Source: Candidatus Saccharimonadota bacterium (lineage in GTDB: Bacteria; Patescibacteriota; Saccharimonadia; Saccharimonadales; Saccharimonadaceae). From it: 32,000 nucleotides of DNA. The notes below the pieces were generated by a model, which ran no database searches, was not told the DNA's origin, and was given only the letters and a program-made list of their open reading frames with translations. Each line of letters starts with the position of its first letter. Position 1 is the stretch's first letter. Below, piece after piece: positions 25,724 to 32,000 of the stretch. Location of the stretch: positions 480,001-512,000 of the forward strand of contig CP006915.1 in assembly GCA_000503915.1 (NCBI GenBank), written 5' to 3'. A program made the position numbers and the translations under genes.

Positions 25724-26418
25724 GCGACAAAAAACAAGCTGTCCCACGACACGTTGGCTTTATTGTTGACGGCAATCGTCGCTGGGCGAAAACGCATGGT
25801 CTACCAGCCTACGAAGGCCACCTAGCGGGGTATAACGTCTTGCAGGATGTACTCTTGGCACTGCTTGACCAGGGCGTACAGTACGTGAGCCTATATGCTT
25901 TTAGCACTGAGAATTGGAAGCGGAGCGAAGACGAAGTGTCGCGACTTATGAAGCTGCTAATCCGTATCATCAAGAATGATCTCGGTATCTTTATCGATAA
26001 AAATGTTCGCCTGCGAGTAATTGGTTCGCGCGAAGGACTTAGCGATAATGTTGTCCGAGCGATCGAAGACGCCGAGAGGCGAACCGCGCAGCTAGCCGGC
26101 GGTGAAGTTATCCTGTGCTTTAATTATGGCGGTCAGGCAGAAATCGTCGATGCGGTTAAAAAAATTGTTCAGTCAGGTGTTGGCGCAGACGAGATAACGC
26201 CGGAATTAATCGCTGCCAATCTGTATGCGCCGGAAGTACCCCCCTGCGATATAATCGTCAGAACCAGTGGTGAACAGCGGCTTTCGGGCTTTATGCTTTG
26301 GCGGGCAGCCTATAGTGAGTTTATGTTTCTAGGAAAAAACTGGCCAGACATGACAAACAGTGACGTACACGATATACTAGAGGAATATGCGCGCCGTAAT
26401 CGGCGTTTTGGAGGGTAA
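25720..26418 (+). CDS. uppS: Undecaprenyl diphosphate synthase (cis-isoprenyl transferase)
   Basis: PRHVGFIVDGNRRWAK is present, together with the YAFSTENWKR and RTSGEQRLSGF blocks. Confidence 0.93.
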   Translation: MSDKKQAVPRHVGFIVDGNRRWAKTHGLPAYEGHLAGYNVLQDVLLALLDQGVQYVSLYAFSTENWKRSEDEVSRLMKLLIRIIKNDLGIFIDKNVRLRVIGSREGLSDNVVRAIEDAERRTAQLAGGEVILCFNYGGQAEIVDAVKKIVQSGVGADEITPELIAANLYAPEVPPCDIIVRTSGEQRLSGFMLWRAAYSEFMFLGKNWPDMTNSDVHDILEEYARRNRRFGG

Positions 26419-27579
26419 ATGCTCATAGTTGGAATCATCACCGGTCTTATTGTCTTAGTGCTGCTTGTTGTCGTACACGAGCTTGGACACGCCATTGCCG
26501 CGCGTCGTAACGGCGTGGTTGTCGAGGAATTTGGCGTCGGCTTTCCTCCACTGGCGTGGGGAAAAAAGATAAAGCAAAGTATCCTCGGTAAGAATGTCCT
26601 GTATTCGATCAACTGGCTACCACTTGGCGGATTTGTCAAACTACAGGGTGAACATGACTCAGCGGACAAAAAGGGTGATTACGGCGCCGCCACTTACTGG
26701 CAAAAAACCCGGATACTGCTTGCCGGTGTTCTCATGAACTGGGCGGTCGCAGCCGGCATTTTTACCGTCCTGGCGCTCGTGGGGCTGCCAAAAGTCGTAC
26801 CAAATCAGTTTTCCGTCCCTACTGATACACGTATTTCAATTGAAGCGCTTCATGTCGCGCAAGTAACGGCTGGTTCGCCCGCCGATAAGGCTGGGTTGAA
26901 GATTGGCGATGAGCTGCTGCTGGTCAACGGGCGCGAGATTGACACCGGCAGTAAATTAGCGGACTTTACAGGGAAGAACCAGGGCAATACAGTACGTATC
27001 ACTTATTCGCGCGACGGCAGTGAGCATACTGTTAAGGCGACACTGCGCGAAGAAAATAAAGACGGGAAAGGGTACCTCGGGGTCGGAACAGCACAACGAG
27101 AAGAGATCCTTGCCACTTGGTCGGCACCGATCGTTGGGGTGGGCACGACCGTCCAGCTCACCGGTGAAACCTTTGCCTCGCTTGGCAAAGTCGTTGCCAG
27201 TCTAACGCAAGGTGTGGCAAGTAAATTCAGCGGTGATGCCCGAGTGCAGGCGGATGGCGATAAGGCACTCAATTTTGCGGCTGGCAGTGTCTCGGGGCCG
27301 GTCGGTATTCTCGGCGTTATTTTCCCGCAGGTTGAGCAGGCCGGATTCAAGTGGCTGCTACTTCTTACCGGTGTTATCTCGCTCAGTCTTGCGGTCATGA
27401 ATGTTCTGCCGATTCCGGCGCTTGACGGCGGCCGCTGGTTTACGATGACCCTTTTCCGCCTGCTTAAAAAGCCGCTGACCAAAGAGCGCGAAGAAAAGAT
27501 CCAGGCGACTGGGTTTACGGTACTAATAGGACTTATCATCTTAGTGACGGTCGCCGATGTCATCAAGCTCTTCAGCTAA
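26419..27579 (+). CDS. rseP: RseP/RasP-type site-2 zinc metalloprotease (M50) with a PDZ domain
   Basis: It has HELGHAIAA (HExxH), the PDZ region GSPADKAGLKIGDELL and NVLPIPALDGG. Confidence 0.9.
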   Translation: MLIVGIITGLIVLVLLVVVHELGHAIAARRNGVVVEEFGVGFPPLAWGKKIKQSILGKNVLYSINWLPLGGFVKLQGEHDSADKKGDYGAATYWQKTRILLAGVLMNWAVAAGIFTVLALVGLPKVVPNQFSVPTDTRISIEALHVAQVTAGSPADKAGLKIGDELLLVNGREIDTGSKLADFTGKNQGNTVRITYSRDGSEHTVKATLREENKDGKGYLGVGTAQREEILATWSAPIVGVGTTVQLTGETFASLGKVVASLTQGVASKFSGDARVQADGDKALNFAAGSVSGPVGILGVIFPQVEQAGFKWLLLLTGVISLSLAVMNVLPIPALDGGRWFTMTLFRLLKKPLTKEREEKIQATGFTVLIGLIILVTVADVIKLFS

Positions 27580-28312
27580 AGTGCTTCGCTCTCTCGGCCT
27601 TGCCCTCTGGGTGCCGACTGTTTTTATCGGTGCCCAGATCGTAACACTACTGCTTTTTATGGCGATCGCTTTTATCGCCCCAGATTTCAAGTCGATCGAC
27701 CAAACGGTGTATTCGACCGTGTTTGCCGCCGCCAGCTACAGCCTGGCTCTGCTCGGTGTAGCGGGTATCCCATACCTGTTGTGGCGTCGTCGAATAACTG
27801 GTGAAGTACTCGGACTGCAACGGTTACTCGGCTGGAGTGACATTGGTATCGGGGCGTTCGCGTTGTTGCCGTACTATATTATTGCTGGGATTCTTCTGTG
27901 GCTCGCCAGCTGGCTTTTCCCCGTACTTAATGGTTCACACGCACAAGAAATTCCCTACCAGAACCTTACTCAACAGTACGAGTACCTGGCGGCATTTATT
28001 GCGTTAGTCGTGCTGGCACCATTTGCCGAAGAGGCACTATTTCGCGGCTATTTTCTCGGCAAGCTGCAACGGATAATCGGTGGCTGGCGAGCAGTACTGA
28101 TTGTGGCGGTCGTGTTTGCACTCCTGCATCTGCCCGGAGCGGTCACACAGCAGGGCATTGACCTGCAGTGGATGGTGATGATCGACGTGTTTGCGCTCGG
28201 TTTGGTGCTCGGTGCGCTGAGGATACTCACCGGCAGTATTTGGGCTGGTGTACTGCTGCACATGTTTAAAAATATGATTGCGTTTTATTTCCTCTTTATC
28301 TATAGGGGCTAA
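27557..28312 (+). CDS. CPBP-family intramembrane glutamic endopeptidase (CAAX protease/Abi-like)
   Basis: It has the motifs FAEEALFRGYF and FALLH...HMFKN and is polytopic. It overlaps rseP by 23 nt, with an alternative GTG start at 27581. Confidence 0.85.
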   Translation: MSSSSSAKVLRSLGLALWVPTVFIGAQIVTLLLFMAIAFIAPDFKSIDQTVYSTVFAAASYSLALLGVAGIPYLLWRRRITGEVLGLQRLLGWSDIGIGAFALLPYYIIAGILLWLASWLFPVLNGSHAQEIPYQNLTQQYEYLAAFIALVVLAPFAEEALFRGYFLGKLQRIIGGWRAVLIVAVVFALLHLPGAVTQQGIDLQWMVMIDVFALGLVLGALRILTGSIWAGVLLHMFKNMIAFYFLFIYRG

Positions 28313-28334
28313 ACTGGTACGCTAGGAAGGTATT

Positions 28335-29576
28335 ATGCGAGTTTCCCAACTTTTTACAAAAACACTGAAACAGGCACCTGCCGACGAGGTGGCCAAAAAT
28401 GCCCAGCTGCTAATCCGTGGTGGCTATGTCTATAAAGAAATGGCGGGAGTCTATGCTTACTTGCCATTGGGTCTGAAGGTAGTCGAAAAAATCAAACAAA
28501 TCGTGCGTGAAGAAATGGATGCAATCGAATCGAGTGAGCTCATTATGACCAGTTTGCAGCGAAAAGACATCTGGGAAAAAACCGGTCGTTGGGATAATAA
28601 AGTCGTCGACGTTTGGTTCAAGTCAAAATTGCAGGATGAAACCGAAGTTGGCTTTGGCTGGAGTCACGAGGAACCGATTGTTGAAATGCTAAAGCAGTAC
28701 ATCCAAAGCTATAAGGATCTACCGATCAGTTTGTATCAATTCCAGACCAAGATGCGAAATGAGCTTAGAGCCAAAAGTGGCATCATGCGCGGCCGCGAGT
28801 TTGTCATGAAAGATATGTATTCATTCCATACATCGGCAGAAGACCTACAAGCCTATTACGATAGAACGATTGAGGCGTATAAGCGCGTTTTTGACCGGCT
28901 GGGTATCGGTGATGAAACGTACATGACGTTTGCGAGCGGTGGTGCTTTTACTAAGTTTAGCCATGAGTTTCAGACAATTTGTGAGGCGGGGGAAGATATC
29001 ATTTATCTACACCGCGAGAAAAATATCGCTATCAACGAAGAGGTGATCGATGAGGCTATCAAGGAGCTCGGTATTGAGCGAGATGAGCTAGAAAAAGTTA
29101 CCACGGCAGAAACCGGTAATATCTTCAATTTCGGTTCACAAAAGACTGACGAGATGGGGCTTTACTACACCGATAAAGATGGCACGCGCCATTCGCTTTA
29201 CATCGGCTCGTACGGAATCGGTATTACGCGCGCTATGGGCGTTATTGTCGAAAAATTTGCCGACGACAAAGGCCTTGTCTGGCCGGAGGCAGTCGCTCCG
29301 TTTAAAGTCTATTTGGTTTCGATTGGTGAAAAGGGGACTAAGCAAGCTGATGAGCTGTATGAGCGTCTCAAAAAGCATGGTGTCGAAGTGCTGTACGATG
29401 ACCGCGATGAGCGACCGGGTGCAAAGTTTGCAGATAGCGAACTGCTCGGAATGCCGCAGCGCGTAACGGTCAGTGACCGTCTCGTTGAGCAAGGCGTGGT
29501 AGAACTTACTGACAGAGGTACCGGTGAAACGAAAACATTGACGACCGAGGAGCTTCTTGCTACAATAGTTAATTAA
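28335..29576 (+). CDS. proS: Prolyl-tRNA synthetase, bacterial-type but lacking the INS editing domain (413 aa)
   Basis: The N-terminus is MRVSQLFTKTLKQAPADEV. Motif 2 is RGREFVMKDMYSF and motif 3 is GSYGIGITR. Only about 25 aa occupy the position where the roughly 180 aa INS domain normally sits. Confidence 0.92.
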   Translation: MRVSQLFTKTLKQAPADEVAKNAQLLIRGGYVYKEMAGVYAYLPLGLKVVEKIKQIVREEMDAIESSELIMTSLQRKDIWEKTGRWDNKVVDVWFKSKLQDETEVGFGWSHEEPIVEMLKQYIQSYKDLPISLYQFQTKMRNELRAKSGIMRGREFVMKDMYSFHTSAEDLQAYYDRTIEAYKRVFDRLGIGDETYMTFASGGAFTKFSHEFQTICEAGEDIIYLHREKNIAINEEVIDEAIKELGIERDELEKVTTAETGNIFNFGSQKTDEMGLYYTDKDGTRHSLYIGSYGIGITRAMGVIVEKFADDKGLVWPEAVAPFKVYLVSIGEKGTKQADELYERLKKHGVEVLYDDRDERPGAKFADSELLGMPQRVTVSDRLVEQGVVELTDRGTGETKTLTTEELLATIVN

Positions 29577-29632
29577 TTGTAGGCAGCTGTCATACCAGTT
29601 GTGGGGATAGGGTTTACAATAAATTACCAGGT

Positions 29633-29672
29633 GGTGCCACATTAGGCACCTCTTTATGTGAGTCTCATAAAG
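29633..29672 (+). promoter_or_regulatory. greA leader hairpins (GGTGCC/GGCACC followed by CTTTATG/CATAAAG)
   Basis: There are two adjacent stem-loops. The second pairs with the AAAG of the AAAGGAG Shine-Dalgarno sequence. TACAAT lies at 29615-29620. Confidence 0.3.
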
Positions 29673-29683
29673 GAGCGCGACGT

Positions 29684-30139
29684 ATGAAAAAGCTGTATCA
29701 GATTACGCCTGAAGGTAAAAAAGAACTCGAAGCTGAACTCGAGACTCTCAAAGCACGCCGTGGTGAAATCGCCGAAAAAATCGCCGAAGCTCGTGATTAT
29801 GGCGACCTGAGTGAAAACGCCGAATACGATGCTGCCCGTGAAGATCAAGGGTTGGTCGAAAGCCGCGTGGCTGAAATCGAAGACATACTTTTAAATGCTG
29901 AAATTATCAAAGCCAGTCGCAAGACGACTGTCGGATTGGGTAGCAAAGTTGAACTAAAGAACGGCAGGTCTTCGGTCAACTATCACATCGTGGGACCGGT
30001 TGAGGCAAATCCGGTCGAAGGTAAGGTCTCCGACCAGTCACCGATTGGACAAGCGCTGCTTGGCAAAAAAGTGGGTGAAAAAGCCACCGTCAGCACGCCC
30101 AAAGGGGATATCCACTATCAGATAGTACGCGTGGGCTAA
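29684..30139 (+). CDS. greA: Transcription elongation factor GreA
   Basis: ITPEGKKELEAELETLK...EARDYGDLSENAEYDAAREDQ is a GreA sequence, and the protein is 151 aa. Confidence 0.95.
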   Translation: MKKLYQITPEGKKELEAELETLKARRGEIAEKIAEARDYGDLSENAEYDAAREDQGLVESRVAEIEDILLNAEIIKASRKTTVGLGSKVELKNGRSSVNYHIVGPVEANPVEGKVSDQSPIGQALLGKKVGEKATVSTPKGDIHYQIVRVG

Positions 30140-30147
30140 TCTGTACG

Positions 30148-30744
30148 TTATCTAAACAGCGGGCGATCAGAAATATCGCCCGTTTTTCTTACTTGCTCGG
30201 CAATAACAGGACCAGGTTGAGAGGGCTCAAAGAGGTATTCGTACGCTGCGTGTGGTGCATCGGGCCTTTCCGGGTCAGGAGATGGACGCGGCACAACGCT
30301 AGGCTGAGTAGTGTTTAGTTCGCGCACTGCTTCTTCGAAAGGTAAGTCTGCGTCAAGTGAGAGCTGAAGTGCATCGATAGTAAATTCGAGAGATTCCGGA
30401 TGTGAGGCATGAAAAGCGGCGCTAAGAGCATTACGCACTAATTCAGAGCGTCGCTCGGGAACAAAATCTGAGGCATGCCCAAGCAGGGCAAGTGTATGCG
30501 GGGTAATATCGTCCGGTTGTGATAATCCGAGAAGCTGCTCCGCTGTATTGAATATATCTCGCTTCACTTTACGGGGTATATGCCTCGTATTATCAAGCTC
30601 AGCAGTAAGTTGCTTAAGTGTGCTGATGCCTGCCCCTACGCTAATAAGAGCTTGAGCTCCAGTCTTTCTATGGAGGGTGGGTAAGTCAAGTACAAGAGGC
30701 TTTTCTAACCGATGTCTACCGTGTTCAAGCGCTTGTGTACTCAT
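30148..30744 (-). CDS. Hypothetical soluble protein (198 aa)
   Basis: It is a clean ORF between greA and lysS. It has no TM helix, a Pro-rich C-terminal third and no recognised family. Confidence 0.5.
   Translation of the reverse strand: MSTQALEHGRHRLEKPLVLDLPTLHRKTGAQALISVGAGISTLKQLTAELDNTRHIPRKVKRDIFNTAEQLLGLSQPDDITPHTLALLGHASDFVPERRSELVRNALSAAFHASHPESLEFTIDALQLSLDADLPFEEAVRELNTTQPSVVPRPSPDPERPDAPHAAYEYLFEPSQPGPVIAEQVRKTGDISDRPLFR
30160..30187 (+). terminator. Rho-independent terminator of greA
   Basis: CGGGCGAT, a 7 nt loop and ATCGCCCG are followed by TTTTT. It lies inside the 3' codons of the convergent gene. Confidence 0.7.
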
Positions 30745-30888
30745 GCTATTTACCGAATTGTTTATGTTTATTATTACAAGTTGATGTGGTCATTAAAGCA
30801 CATAGCATGGTATTTCGCAATACCTTTTATGCTTATATGCATGAGTCGTAGCGTCTTTCTTGACAATACGCTATACTAACTAACAGAT

Positions 30889-32000
30889 ATGGCGACACTT
30901 AAAGAACTACGCGACGAGAGACTACGGAAACTAGAAGAGTTAAAAAAGCTGGGGGTTGACCCATACCCGGCAACGTCTGCACGCACACACACAAACCAGG
31001 AAATCATTGATAAATTTGAAACGCTGTCGGGTCAGACGGTTACCGCAGTAGGCCGGATTGCTGGCATTCGCAAGTTTGGCCAACTTGCCTTTATTGTACT
31101 GAGGGACATGAGCGGTTCATTGCAGTTATTCATGAAAGCCGATACGGTAGACCCATTGAAGCCCGACGAAAGCCAGCTCGGCATGAACGAACTCCCGCTC
31201 CTTGATATTGGCGATTTTGTGCAAGCTACAGGGCCGGTCATCAAGACCAAGACAGGGGAGGTGTCGATTGACGTACGGCAGCTGAGACTACTCACGAAAA
31301 GTCTTCGACCGATGCCGACGAAGCAGGACGGTTTTACCAACAAAGAAGAGCGTATGCGCCGTCGCTATGTCGATATGAACGTCAACGATGATGTTCGCCA
31401 GCGTTTTATACGCCGTTCAAAGTTCTGGCAGGCAACCAGGAATACGTTGCTCGATGAAGGATTTTTAGAGATCAATATCCCGGTACTTGAAAGTATTGCC
31501 GGTGGCGCTGATGCGAACCCATTTGTCACACATATGGACGCACTCGACCAAGATTTTTATCTGCGCATTAGTCATGAGCTACCACTTAAGCGGCTACTTG
31601 TTGCCGGTTATGAAAAAGTCTTTGATATCGGTCCGCGTTTTCGTAACGAAAATTATTCTGAAGAACACCTGCCAGAGCATATCGCTATGGAGTGGTACTG
31701 GGCCTATGCCGACTGGGAAATGGGTATGGAGTTTACCGAACGTATGATGCGGCGAATCGTCGACGAAACATGGGGGACGCGTCAATTTACGCTTTCAGAC
31801 GGAAAGCAGGTGGATTTCGGTAAGGACGGTGAACATTTTTCCCGCATCAGCTTTGTTGAGGTGTTGAAGAATGAATATAATATCGATGTTTTCGCCTCTT
31901 CGATGGATGAAATTCAGGCAGCACTGAAGTCAAATCAGCTGGAAGTGGAAAAGGCGGACAATCGTCAACGCTCACTCGACAAGCTTTGGAAGAAATATCG
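30889..32000 (+). CDS. lysS: Lysyl-tRNA synthetase, class II, N-terminal about 370 aa (continues past the window end)
   Basis: It is not in the ORF track because no stop codon falls within the window. My hand translation gives MATLKELRDERLRKLEELKKLGVDPYP...YLRISHELPLKRLLVAGYEKVFDIGPRFRNE...EHIAMEWYWAYADW, and the frame stays open to base 32000. Confidence 0.93.
   Translation, partial: MATLKELRDERLRKLEELKKLGVDPYPATSARTHTNQEIIDKFETLSGQTVTAVGRIAGIRKFGQLAFIVLRDMSGSLQLFMKADTVDPLKPDESQLGMNELPLLDIGDFVQATGPVIKTKTGEVSIDVRQLRLLTKSLRPMPTKQDGFTNKEERMRRRYVDMNVNDDVRQRFIRRSKFWQATRNTLLDEGFLEINIPVLESIAGGADANPFVTHMDALDQDFYLRISHELPLKRLLVAGYEKVFDIGPRFRNENYSEEHLPEHIAMEWYWAYADWEMGMEFTERMMRRIVDETWGTRQFTLSDGKQVDFGKDGEHFSRISFVEVLKNEYNIDVFASSMDEIQAALKSNQLEVEKADNRQRSLDKLWKKY

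Noticed and set aside
30745-30888. A T-box or other riboswitch might lie upstream of lysS or proS.
   Set aside because: The lysS leader is at most 144 nt and AT-rich, and it has no specifier or T-box (GGTGGTACC-like) sequence. proS is only 22 nt from the preceding gene.
31032-31785. Track ORFs 31032-31343(-), 31487-31747(+) and 31594-31785(-).
   Set aside because: All fall within the lysS reading frame, which starts at 30889 and is open to the window end. That frame has unmistakable class II LysRS motifs, so these ORFs are spurious.
1-32000. I looked for mobile elements, CRISPR arrays, tRNA or rRNA genes and long direct or inverted repeats.
   Set aside because: I saw no transposase, integrase or recombinase-like ORFs, no regularly spaced repeats and no tRNA T-arm or acceptor signatures. 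The only repeated DNA I noticed is the 12 nt TGGTACTGGTGG encoding the shared WYWW motif. A computational repeat and tRNA scan would be more reliable than reading by eye.

Overview
This is a gene-dense 32 kb window dominated by housekeeping genes, read under the standard genetic code: all conserved genes are intact with TGA as a stop codon. GC content is roughly one half, judged from hand counts of sampled lines. I recognised no rRNA, tRNA, CRISPR array, transposase or integrase.

The gene content points to a reduced-genome, Gram-positive-like Patescibacteria/CPR organism, most plausibly Saccharibacteria (TM7). That is an inference from content, not a database hit. The supporting points are:
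- type IV pilins;
- an LCP ligase, signal peptidase I and HtrA;
- a non-zinc (type B) L31;
- a ProRS without the INS editing domain;
- a Firmicute-like rpsB-tsf-frr-uppS-rseP-proS backbone from which pyrH, cdsA and dxr are missing.

Recognisable genes are ileS (3' part), an ABC-2 exporter pair, a zincin-like peptidase, galU, rplU, parA/parB, lepB, an LCP protein, htrA, prmC, prfA, rpmE, a type IV pilin, rpsB, tsf, recF, frr, a polyprenyl synthase, uppS, rseP, a CPBP protease, proS, greA and lysS. The 5' part of lysS runs off the window end and is absent from the supplied ORF track.

The least ordinary region is 4302-8918, a cluster of three envelope or surface proteins. Two adjacent members, a Ser/Thr-rich 216 aa protein and a 947 aa double beta-helix protein, share the same C-terminal signal: G-x-AWYWW, then a transmembrane helix, then an Arg cluster. 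This looks like a sorting or anchor signal that I cannot assign to a named family.

Other points worth a second look:
- a GC-rich Cys-rich orphan gene at 3487-3765;
- a 52 aa mini-pilin ORF with its own promoter;
- orphan genes splitting prfA from prmC;
- an inverted recF module sitting where pyrH is expected;
- an RseP-CPBP tandem of intramembrane proteases;
- recurrent extended -10 boxes placed directly against start codons, which is leaderless mRNA geometry.
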